Shown here: positions 14,168 through 26,486 of the stretch, piece after piece | Numbering within the stretch: the stretch's first letter is position 1 | Layout of the letters: the number at the start of each line of letters is the position of its first letter | DNA from: the human T2T-CHM13v2.0 reference genome, Homo sapiens | DNA length: 64,000 nucleotides | Reading direction: 5' to 3' (one strand) | Assembly (NCBI RefSeq): GCF_009914755.1 | Contig: NC_060936.1 | Made by a program: the position numbers and the translations under genes | Notes under the pieces: generated by a model | Told to the model about the DNA's origin: nothing | Databases searched by the model: none | Seen by the model: the letters and a program-made list of their open reading frames with translations, nothing else

Positions 14168-14574
14168 TATCTTTGTCAAGGTCCTGATAGGAAAATAGAA
14201 CTCACAATAGATAATTTAATAGAGGGATATTATATGGAAAACTAGTTATAATGATATAAGAAGAGCTAAAAAAAATTGTGGGATTGTGGGCAACTCAGAG
14301 ATTTACAGCAGTGGAAAGTCACTCCCACTCCAAAGGCTATATCAGAAAAGGGAAGGGCTGACATGCAGGAAGCTGTGAGAGGCAGAAATACCTTGCTTTC
14401 CCCTTCTCCACAACCCCAGTCTCACACCAGTACTTCCCACTGACATACATAAAAGGAAGTCAGGTGGCATTGGAGTGGAAAACTTAGTTTGCAGGAGTTA
14501 TTCTCTTGGGATACAGAGAGGATCAGAGGATAGGAGAGAATGGGTGTGAGGCCAGATAAACAAATGACCAACAC
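14168..14574 (-). mobile_element. Ancient LTR fragment (LTR78-like)
   Basis: GGTCCTGATAGGAAAATAGAACTCAC...CAGAGATTTACAGCAGTGGAAAGTCACTCCCACTCC resembles old eutherian LTRs; heavily diverged. Confidence 0.45.
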
Positions 14575-15639
14575 AACCATAATCATTGCAATAGAGTTAG
14601 ATGAAAGATGTATGGTATATAAACATATAATATAAAATTAGCATGCAATCAACATTGAATGAAGGGTCGCTATTCATATTTAACAACATAATTTCAGTCC
14701 TCAATGCTCTTCTGATTCTCAGTAAGAAAAAAATTCAGGAGATTTACAATGTGCATAATTGGTCAGCTCCCCACTTTACATATGCAGGCATTGCAATTTC
14801 TATGTCATACCAAATAAAACAAAATGTTGTTGTCAAATCAACTGATTTTTAACCAACCTGCATACATTAACTAATCACTGTTGCATCATGTAAACACAGT
14901 CATAGTCACCAAGTCTTCACATAGCAAAATATATACAGTTTGCTTATTTAGGTTATGTGTGTGGGGAAAATGTCCAAGGACTGACTTGATGATACATACA
15001 CCGTATTTGTTACCATTGCTTTGTTACCAATGCTTCAGCAGCCAGATTACAAACAGTACATAATTTTGTAAGGCATATAAAAATGAATAGTAAAATGTTT
15101 CCACGTTGGAAGAAGAAAAAGAGAAAAGGAAAAGATTAATATTGTTTCTCATTTTTAGTATTTGCCTCCGCATATATTTAGCTCCATTAGCACAGCACGC
15201 CTTTCCTCTCCATACCCCAGTCACTCATGTGGGTAACACTGACGTAATCCAGTGACCACATGGAAAGTCCTTCTATTTGGAGTTTCACTATGAGGAAATC
15301 CACTTGCCATTGGATCCTCTAATTTAAGCCACATTTCCTACTATGAGCTTGCCTAGTGGTAAAATTGACACTTTGGACTCCACGTGCAATACTTGTCTGT
15401 CTCGGGTTTAAAATGATTTACAATTAAGATGGAGAAAGAAAGGTGGTATTTACTAAGCACTTTCAAAGACCCCAACATATAAGAAAAGGATGAAGAGGCA
15501 GCTAAAGGGCTAGCACCAAGTTGGAAAGACACAAGCTTTAATATAACATACAATGTGATGTTGCTTTTTGTAAAACTATATACAATTAGAGATAATAATA
15601 AAAATATAAACAATATATACTGCTTTCCATATTCCAAGC

Positions 15640-15850
15640 ACTGTTCTAGGGGCATTGCAGATATCAACCCATTTAATTCTCCTAAAATCTTATGACATAA
15701 GTATTATTCCCAACTTTAAAGATGTAAAAATTAAAGCACAGAGAGGTCAAGTAACTTGTACAAAGTCACACACCTTATAAGTGGCAGAGCCAGGATTCAG
15801 ACTCAGGAAGTCTGGCCCTAGAGAATCGTAACTACCCTAAGCTACCTCTC
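15640..15850 (-). mobile_element. MIR SINE
   Basis: Core GCACAGAGAGGTCAAGTAACTTGTACAAAGTCACAC...GTGGCAGAGCCAGGATTC. Confidence 0.75.
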
Positions 15851-16371
15851 CACAGGTGTGTGTGGGTGTGGGTATGCCTATTGATGTATTCATTTAGATA
15901 AAACACTGGAGGACCTAAACCAGAATTTTAAAAGTGGTTATTTCTGTATAATCTATAGTTATCCAGAAAGTGGATAATCCTGTGGTTGATTTTATTTTTC
16001 CTTTAGGAATTTCTATGCTGTTTTCCACAAGGATCATTATGTTTTCACCAATTAAAAAGTCATTAAAAATCATTGGAATTGATTCTTTAAAAATGTAATA
16101 AGAATAAGAACACTTTGATCCATGTTAATGCTGTGTTCTTGACTACTTCAGGTTTTGGTATGTTTTCTTGTTTCTCTAATTATTGTATTTTGTGTTGTCC
16201 AAGAACCTCTGTCAGTCTCCAATTTTTCTGCCTTTTTTTATTACTTAGAGTGTAATTTAGAAAACTGGCCTGAGGCAGCCATAATGTTCCTGACTGGAGT
16301 CACGAAATATTAGTTAGAGCTAGGACGCATCCAGCGTTGATTCCCAGAACTTCTCAAACTGGCTGCATGTA

Positions 16372-16589
16372 GTTCAAGGTCAGGATAGTATCCATTCAGA
16401 TTTCTACTTTGGGACGAGCCAATAATCATTTAAATCATATAAAGGAAACAGTTTGGAGCTCTATGTATGTATAAAATGGTTCAAGGTCGGGATAGTGTCC
16501 ATTCAGATTTCTACTTTGGGACGAGTAAATAAAATGATGATTTAAATCATGTAAAGGGAACAGTTTGGAGCTCTGTGTATGTATAAATG
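16372..16589. repeat. Tandem duplication, two copies of about 107-111 bp
   Basis: GTTCAAGGTC...TCCATTCAGATTTCTACTTTGGGACGAG...CAGTTTGGAGCTCT(a/g)TGTATGTATAAA occurs at 16372 and again at 16479. Confidence 0.95.
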
Positions 16590-17459
16590 AGGCATGGGAT
16601 GAGGTTTAATCGATGAGCATGTGCATATGACTCACCTCTCCTTCCCTTTGCCACTCAGCTGAATACCGTTTGTCAGCATGGTGGTTTGGATCATTAGACA
16701 ATTTTAAATGATCTATATTTGTGGTTATATGCTGTTTTATTTCTACCTCTAATGGACCATGGCTAAAGGCAGGAAGCATAAAGAGCACTGGTCTCAAAAT
16801 ATAACCTAATGAGGAGCATAAAATGATAATGTTATACATTTCTCTCAAGATTGCCTTCATCTGATCAGTAAATTTCATTCACCTATTCAAAATATTTACC
16901 TACTACCTCATGTTATTTTTCCACTGCTTCAAGACCTATTTTTGAAAAAAGAGTAATAGGATGGAGAATTTTACATAAGCAGGCTTTTCATATTTAGAGA
17001 AATATGCTTATACAAAACCTACTCTTATTTCTTCCATTTTAAACTCCAACATTATTAAACAAGTGTATTAATATATTACACTTTTAAAATATTTTAAGTA
17101 TAAAAATTCCAAACATAAAAAATCAGCTTCCTCTTATTTTAACAAATTAAAACATATAGTAAACTCCAATCTACAAATATGACATAATGTCATCTATAAA
17201 TTTATTTCTTAACAGGCCACGCTTTTTCTCTCAACATTAATTTAACATAAGGGGTGTATGTCACAAATTAAATAGCACGATATATAAGACAAAGAATATT
17301 GTCTTCATGTTTAATATTACCAAATGTAATAAATAAGTAAATTTTATAATTATCTACAAGCATATCGATCTAAAATTAAACATTTTAGATAGAATCATCT
17401 ATTCATAAAAAATAAAACCTTTTTTGAGAATTAATTAATATTTGTAACTAACATCTTTA

Positions 17460-17760
17460 GTGATTACTGAATATATGGGATGAAAGAGGAGGAGGAAGTA
17501 TCAAAGATGATTCCTAGGTTTCTAGCTTGATAGTACCAGTACTTGCGATAAAAAATTAGGACAGAGAGCAGCTCTAGGGGGAAAAGTACACTCAATTTCA
17601 ACATGAACATACGCTCATACTTATGCTGACATGACCTGTGCGTCACATCCAGGTGGGTATGTCCTGTGGGCAGTAGGACATGAGTCTGAAGCTCAGGCAA
17701 AAGGCTAGAGTTACACATTTTGGAATCTTCAGTTTAGCAGAGGACTGTGGCACCAGATGT
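17460..17760. mobile_element. L2 LINE fragment
   Basis: TCAAAGATGATTCCTAGGTTTCTAGCTTGA...CATCCAGGTGG...GAGTCTGAAGCTCAGG is typical of the L2 3' region. Confidence 0.65.
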
Positions 17761-20700
17761 GGAAAGGCAGGGAGAGAGACTTACTTAATTGACCTGTTGC
17801 TTTGGGACTCTGTAGATACAAACTTGTCATGCCATTAGGTTCATATTTTCTTGGGCCATGGAGACATGGTTGCCCATTTTCTCTGACATCTCCTTAGAAC
17901 ATTTTCAGAACTAAATATTCCCAGTCCTATGATCATTTCTACTTGTGCTGAGAACTAATTACAAATGAGACTTAATATCTCTTCACATATAGCACTCATG
18001 GCAAGGTCTTGTACGCAGTAGGTGATCAATAAATGTTTGTTCTTATTGCTTATATTCATCTGGCTCTTCATGTACAAAATTGGCCCCTTTTTTCTTGCAG
18101 GACCTTCTTTCTTGCTTCTCAAGTGTAACTTCTTACAGCTTTCTAAGACAACTTCAAGGTTAAATGCAAGTGGGCTGTTCTTAGTAGGTAGTTGTCTTCC
18201 ATTCATCAAGATTGAATGTTTGCCTTATCACCACAAATTGCTTATTGCAGGATTTGTGAACATCTATTTCTTATCTTAGATATCCCTTGAGTACCTCATT
18301 TTGCTACTTTTCAGCATGACATCAGCTAACCAAAGAACATTCTGATTAAGGGATAACTAATCCTCATCCTCCTTTCCAGAAAAAAAAATATGTATGTTTA
18401 TAAAACACAGGAGAAGACTCTCCCCTAGCTTACCTCATGCAAAGGGAAAATGTTAATAATGGACATTTGCATTGGAATGGAAATAGGGCAGAGCAGAACA
18501 AAATTTTGCAATACCTTTCAAATCACACCCACTAGATGGACACTTACTGTGTCTACCCTCAAGACCAGTTGTTATGCAGAAAGTATGAAGAATGCCTATT
18601 AATGGCTGAAGAAAAGCAAAGGAATCATATGGGTCCAACATATTCCTTTTGCCTGATAAATAGTGTCCTTTAAATATGATAAAATTACTGATGAGCGGTA
18701 AAAACTTGAACTTTCATAAGTGAATTCATGAATCTTCAAAAATTAGATAAATCTTGTTTACTGAGTGACCATTTGCATGTAGCATTGATGTTACAGGTAC
18801 ATTAAGCAACTTTATGAGCTATCAGTTGTATCTATTAAAAAACTATATTTCCTGCCTTTCGGGAACTTCTACAATGACAGAATCATAAAATTTTAGCATA
18901 ATAAGAAGCTGAGAGACAATATAATCCAAGGAAGAGCCCTCTCTCCTTAATCCATCATACCAGAAACCTATGTTTCTGATACTCGGCTTCATGGAGGCCT
19001 AAGTTACAGTAGTTCACCTGACTCACTTTCCATAGTGTTCCATACCTTGGTTCTATTCTAGTTGCCAGAAAGCTAATCCAATTAATAAATTCATAACAAT
19101 AAATTACCCCTTCTTACTTTTGAATTTGATATGCCCCTCCCAGTTAGATATATATTTTAATAGGGGCCTTTTGTTAGTTTTTTAATTAAGGAGACTGGCT
19201 CACATGTTAGAAATTTTAGCACACTTGAAGCCAAAGAGGCACATATATGTAGTCTGGGAGACGTTTTAGGACTCTTCATATAATGCTGTGAATTTCTTAT
19301 CTGAATGAATGCAGCAGAAAATTATATGCATAAGAGAAAGACAAGATAAAGGAAACATATGAATTAAAGTCCTGCTCTATTCAATGTTAACAATGCATTT
19401 GATTCATCAAGTTACAGACAAATGAGATTTTAAAAAAAGAAAAGGTAACAGTTTGGGATTTTAGATTTAGAATGGGTTTTTTTCTTTACATTGAACTCAA
19501 ATGTTAGTAAATCCTAGCCCTATTTCTTAAATAACTAATTGCAATATTGCTTCTACCTTTTCTTGATAAAATCACTGTTAATAATAAAGGTTCTTTCCCC
19601 AAAATCTCCTATTCCATATTTATATAAACCCAAGGAGTTTATTCATATAAACTCCATAAGAAAGGGTGGGTAAATGTTACTTTTCGTTATCATAAAAATA
19701 CTAAAAGCCATAATAACACAATAAAAGAAGCTGGTTAATTTTTAATCTTCAAGCATTGGAGGGCTTTGTTTTGATTTTGATCTCTTTTTGTTTCCTGCTT
19801 GGTTTTGCTAAGTAAAATTGCAGATTTTTTTTACACTTCTGACGTTTATGGTGCAAATTCAGTTCATTCTTCTGTAAATCTCAGAAAATAAGGGCTAAAT
19901 ACATGTGAAAGTAGCATGTTCAGATGGAATCTGCTTTCTCCTTGCAGTAGAAACAGTAAATCATTATAAATCTGTGACTCAATTCTTATGATGTAAGCAA
20001 AGTAGTCTTGAACTAAGAATGGTCCAGGCTATTCTAAAATGTTAGAACCAGAGAAAGAGTGATGGGTTCGTTGGCATGCAGGGTTACATCTTTTGTTTTT
20101 CCTTTGGGCAAAGACAGTAACTCTGCTCATTCATCTTAGATAAATAACTAATCCTAAAAAATCAAATCATTATCAGTTCTAGGAATAGGATTACAGTATC
20201 TTGTTGAAAATTATAATTGATTTTAAATTGGTTTTTATTACATCATCATAGAAGCCAAGTTGAAACGGCTGAATGAAAGCTATGAAACAAAAATGTATTT
20301 TTTCCATTTTAAGTCTTGAAAAACAATCACAAATTATGCTTTCTTAAGTAAGTAAATTGATAACAGAATTAAACCCGAGGTCAGTAACAGCATCAATTCA
20401 CCAAGTGACAAACTTGCCAAATTCACCAAATTTGCAAATTTACTAAAATTTAGTATAAGAAATATTATTTTTAAATATACACATTCTCATTAAATACATT
20501 TTAAATAATGTTCAGTTTGCCAGAAGCTGGATCCTAGGCTTATTGCTTTTTTGTGAATATTGTTAACAAATATATAGAATATATAACATGTATATATCTT
20601 AATATAGTCGAGTATAAATATGTTAATAAAGAGCATGTTCCAATAAAGCAGTTCTACAAACATAATCAAGAAGAATAAATTAATGAATATATTCTTATAT

Positions 20701-22011
20701 GTGAAAAATATACTCTAAACACTACAATTAGGAAGAATGCATTTATGAAGAATATATTCATGCTGAATATGTTCTTCAGTAGATTATTAAATATATTCAA
20801 GAAAAAAACCATACTCATTTAATATAGTAAATAACGTATGTTTAAGAGAAGCCATATACAAAATCACTCAATATGATTATGCAGATTAATCCGTAAAACA
20901 ATATTCTTGGTAAACTAGTAAATTTACTTAATTCACTATTCCAGAGGTGGCTTTCAGTGTCTTGATCTTCGAAGAACTCACCCACTTCTGCAGAACTGTC
21001 GGTGAGAGAGCTGTGCTGAAGAGCAAACACGGATATATTTTTACTGAGCACGGGATACAGATCCATGATGGATTTTTGTGTTCAGAAAAATGTCCATTGG
21101 TAGCGTGTACAGTTCAAATCAAGCCATAATTGTGAACTATGTGACTTTATTTTTAGAAGATATGTTAGCAAAAAAAAAAAACATATGTGGAACAATGACT
21201 AGGAAAATGACTTTTGTTCTTGCTTCAGCAAAAGCCCCTGGCATAGCCACCTTCCCAGCAATGATAAGTACCAAGTTACAGATTCCCAAGTAATTTTCCT
21301 TTGATTGGAGTTTGACATGTTGTGTGACCCAACCTCCAACATCATCAGATACTACATATCTTGAATTTGCAGACATAACTGAGACTGTCTGCTCTACTCC
21401 CCCATAAAAGTAACACTCACACTTCCCATGTACTTCATTTGGAAACAAGATGAATTACAAGCCATACATACACCATTGGTGCCATTAATAGTAGGCTCAT
21501 TTGTATTTAACAGTAATTTCCAATGAAAATCCACCTACATAAAGAAGAACATTTCCTTCACTCCTTGTGAAAGCTCTTAGTAACATGACTGAGTCTATGT
21601 TCGGATTTGTTTCAAACATCCAAAAAAAAAAAAAGCCACTATTTATAGCCCATCTGTCAAGACTGCATTGTTTTGTAAGATGAAGTGTGTTTTAACATAC
21701 AGAGGAGTCATTCTTTTGATAAGTTGAATTAAAAAGAAACTTATTGTTTAAAGTGAAACAACTTTAAAGAAAACTTGCTGAGAAAAAATTAGAAAAAAAA
21801 TTAAATTTCTACTTCCTTCCATACCCCAAAGGAAATTCCAAAAAAGTTCTGGACAAAAATGTTGTAACTATTTATAGGCTATGATGGAGGCCTATTTATA
21901 AGCCTTTCTAAACACAAAACCAGAGGCAGAATGCCTATATCAAAAAGTTAAAATTTAGAGAAACAACAACCAAGAAAATAAAGTCTATTAATAGTAAATT
22001 AAGAATCTGGG

Positions 22012-22291
22012 GGCCAGGTGCGGTGGCTTATGCCTGTAATCCCAGCACTTTGGGACGCCAAAGGGGGTGGATCACCTGAGGTCAGGAGTTCAAGACCAGC
22101 CTAGCCAATATGGTGAAACCCCCTCTCTACTAAAAATACAAAAATTAGCCAGGCATGGTGGCGCACGTCTGTAATCCCAGCTACTCAGAGGCTGAGACAG
22201 GAGAATTTCTTGAACCCAGGAGGCGGAGGTTGCAGTGAGCGGATATCGTGCCACTGCACTGCAGCCTGGGTGAAAGAGCAATTCCAACTCT
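22012..22291 (+). mobile_element. Alu (AluSx-like)
   Basis: GGCCAGGTGCGGTGGCT...GGATCACCTGAGGTCAGGAGTTCAAGACCAGCC; full dimer. Confidence 0.95.
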
Positions 22292-22397
22292 GGAAAGAAG
22301 GAAAGAAGAAAGAAAGAAAGGAAGGAAGGAAGGAAGGAAGGAAGGAAGGAAGGAAGGAAGGAAGGAAGGAAGAAGGAAAAAAGGAAGGAAGAGGGAA
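22292..22397 (+). repeat. (GAAA)n/(GGAA)n polypurine microsatellite in place of the Alu tail
   Basis: Directly visible tandem GAAA units followed by about 13 GGAA units. Confidence 0.95.
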
Positions 22398-22772
22398 GCT
22401 GGGGAAAACTGAATCATATAGAACAAATTTAATAGCATTATATAAATAGCACTTATATGTCAAAAAGTAAAAGATACCACCAATGGAAATATGGACAAAA
22501 AATAGAAACAGATTTACAAAGAATAAATAGCAAACCAATTAATGTATTTTAAAATAATAAACTTCAAAGAACTTTTAATAGAAATGCCTGTAATTGCCAT
22601 CTTTAATTCTTCATCTCATTACTCAACCCCTGTGACTTCCAGCCAAACCATTGTGCTATGCTTTCTTCATCAGGAAGTCCAATGAACTTTAGTGTTGCTA
22701 AATTCAACATCCACCTTTTAGTCTTTCTCTTTTTCCATATTTTAGCAATAGTGGACAATAAGGACCATTCCC

Positions 22773-23260
22773 TTTTTTAAAACATTTTTGTGAGTACATA
22801 GTAGGTATATGTTTATGGGGTACATGAGAAGGGGTACAGGCATGTAACCTAAAATAAGCACATCATGAAGAATGGGGTATCCATCCCCTCAAGCATTTAA
22901 CCATTGAGTTGCAAACCATCCAGTTACACTCTTTAAGTTATTTTAAAATGTATGGTTAAGTCATTTTTGACTATAGTCACCCTGTTGTACTATCAAATAG
23001 TGGATCTTATTCATTCTGTCTATTTTTGTAACCATTAACCATCCTCACCTCTCCCTCACAGCCCCCCATGACACTTAACAGCCTCTGGTAACCATCCTTC
23101 TACTATCTATGTCCATGAGTTCTACTGTTTCGATTTTTAGATCCCACAAATAAGTGGAAGAATATGTGATGTTTGCCATTCTGTGACAGGCTTATTTCAC
23201 TTAACATAATAATCTTCAGTTCCATTCATGTTGCAAATGACTGGATCTCATTCTTTTTTT
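22773..23260 (-). mobile_element. L1MA-type 3' fragment
   Basis: TTTATGGGGTACATGAG...GGGGTATCCATCCCCTCAAGCATTTA...GCTTATTTCACTTAACATAAT. Confidence 0.85.
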
Positions 23261-23457
23261 ACTCCCTTTTTTAAAAAGGGTTCTCTTCCCTTGGCTTCTA
23301 TAACACCACATTCTGTATCATCCTCACCCTCATTTTCCATTGCACTTTGAGCCATTTATCAACCACAAGGAATCAAAGCCAGAAGACATCTTTATCATTT
23401 AAATTTAATATCTATTCAATTCAGCCATTTGTTATTAATAGTCATACTATCTTCCAT

Positions 23458-23770
23458 GGAGCACAGGGGATTTTTAGGGCAGTGCAGCTACTCTGAATAA
23501 TACAATAGCGGGCACATGTCATTATACATTTGTCCAAACCCACAGACTATACAACACCAAAATGAACAACTTATGTAAACTACGGCCTTCGGGTGGTAAT
23601 GATGGGTCAGTGTGGGTTCACCAGTCACAACAAATGTACTACTCTGGTAGAGTATGTTAATGGAGGAGTATATACAGCTGTGGGGGTAGGAGGCATATGG
23701 GAAATCTGTGTACTCCAGTCTATTTGATGTAAACCTAAAATTCCTGTAAAAATTAAGATCTATTTTTTAA
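23458..23770 (+). mobile_element. L1MC-type 3' fragment
   Basis: GAGCACAGGGGATTTTTAGGGCAGTG...CATGTCATTATACATTTGTCCAAACCCACAGA...ATATGGGAAATCTGTGTACT. Confidence 0.75.
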
Positions 23771-25226
23771 AAGGGGAGGAGAGAAGATCTGTCCCTTTCC
23801 AGATGGTGAGGCAATAATATTTGTATTACAAGAGTCACCTCTGGCCTTGTTTTCAGCCATGTGGAGGAAGTCAGTCTGAGATAATTAGCTTGAGATATAA
23901 AGAGAAGGATAGAAAAAAGATGAATAAGAGAAGAGAACAGGAAAGTTGGGGAGGGGGAAAGATAGAGACTCTTAAGAGCATTGGAGTCCTGGGTTTCTAT
24001 TCTGCTGAGAGGCCCAGATGAAACTTCTACTTTTCATGTTTTGGTTATAAGAATCAACAAATTCTCCATTTTCCTCAAGCTGGCTTGAGTTAAATTTCTA
24101 TCACTTGCAACCAAGGAGTTCTGAATAACATACACTGCAAGCCGTTGTGGGCCACACTGTTGCCTTCCATCTGGGCTCCCCATACGTATCCTTGCTCTCT
24201 TGTACTCAATTCTCAAACTTCAATCAGAATTATCTTCTTAAAATGAAACATCTAACCCTCAAAATGAAGTCCTCAATCTTAACATACCTTCCAAGGCCTT
24301 ATGGGATCTGACCCCTAACTACCTCTCAAACTTCATTTTGAATCATTCTGTTATACTCCACGCACTAACCAAACTGTTTTCTTCTGTTTCTCCAGCATCG
24401 GCCAGTCCAGAAAGATTTTACTTCTGTGCCTCCCTGCATTGCCCTCCTTTCCCACCTTGGCTAACTTCAATTCATCTGTAAGTGCCACTTTAGGAGGCTT
24501 AATCTAACACCCTGAACCTGGAACATAACCTTAAATGCTCCTTATCATCACCCCTTTAATTGCTACTTGTTTAAAGTTGTTAGACTTTAAGTTCCATCAA
24601 AGTAGAAACTTGATCTGCCTTGCTCACCTCTCAATCACTTCCCCTTCCCAACATTCAGTGACTGGAACAGAGGAGATGCATATTAGTATTTGCTGAATTA
24701 AAAATAAATTTTGAAATACAAATTAGTTGCCGTTTTCCAATTATCAAATTGTCAAAGTGTTCTTTATTATGATAGGTAACATTGGTAGAGATCTTTCATT
24801 CACTGATGATGAAAGTATAAATATTTCAATGGCAATTAAGTAGTAAGCATAAAATCTTTAAAAATGTATATAGTCTTAAGACTTATGTATATAGTCTTAA
24901 GACTATAAAGTCTTAAGTTATTCTTTTTAGAATAACAAGAAAAAAATTGACAAGAGATTGTACAAAGGAATATTCACCACAGCTTTGTTTTAGTAAAGTA
25001 CAAAAAAAAAGAGAGAAAAAATTAAATGTCCAATATTATGGAATTATTTTATACAAATACAATAAGAATAAAATATGGTTATTTAAAGTTACAAGGTAAA
25101 ACATTATTAATATGGAAAAGTATTCATAGCATGTTCTTTAAAAAAAGGCACACACAAAAATGATCTGAATGGCACATTACTTTAAATTGACATGCAAATA
25201 AATACAAATTAAAAAGTAATGTTTCA

Positions 25227-25561
<335 letters not shown>

Positions 25562-26078
25562 TTAGATTGATTTTTATTTTAATAGTTTTCTTACATATAT
25601 TTCTGGGTTTTTTTAATAAGCATATACTGCGTAACTTAAAATCTCTTGTTACTTAGTGTTATAAATGAGGAACTAGAGATTCAGATATATTAATTTGCTC
25701 ACAGCAACAACACAGCCTGTATTCCAACCCAGTTTGTCAGTCTCTAAAGCCCTGGCTCTTAACCATCACACTGTAATAACATGGTGCCTAAATGTGTACA
25801 AGGCACCATGGGGAGGCACTGAGTAAATAAGAAGTTAGCAGCTTGGAAGCCAATAGATAAGAAATATAGACAAATACGTGACATGGCAAAATGTGTTTTG
25901 TAACCTGAGAGGTACAAGCATGGAGGTCACAAAGTTCAATGTTTGCTTGGAATAAAAAACAAGTCAGTTGTCCTGTTTTACTAGTGCAGTTTCTCCAAGT
26001 GTGGTCTATAGTCCACCTGCAACATATTCCTAAACAGACCTGTTAAAGAAAAATCTCCATGCAGCTCAAGAAAGTTCA

Positions 26079-26486
<408 letters not shown>

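Noticed and set aside
20842-21448. Hydrophobic ORFs that could be a processed membrane-protein pseudogene or an SLCO exon
   Set aside because: I could not match them to OATP or any other known protein, and I see no TSD or poly(A) architecture. Kept only as a possible transposon relic.
22090-22538. Low-complexity ORFs (PSFLPSFL / KEGRKEGR)
   Set aside because: Translations of the Alu and the GGAA microsatellite.
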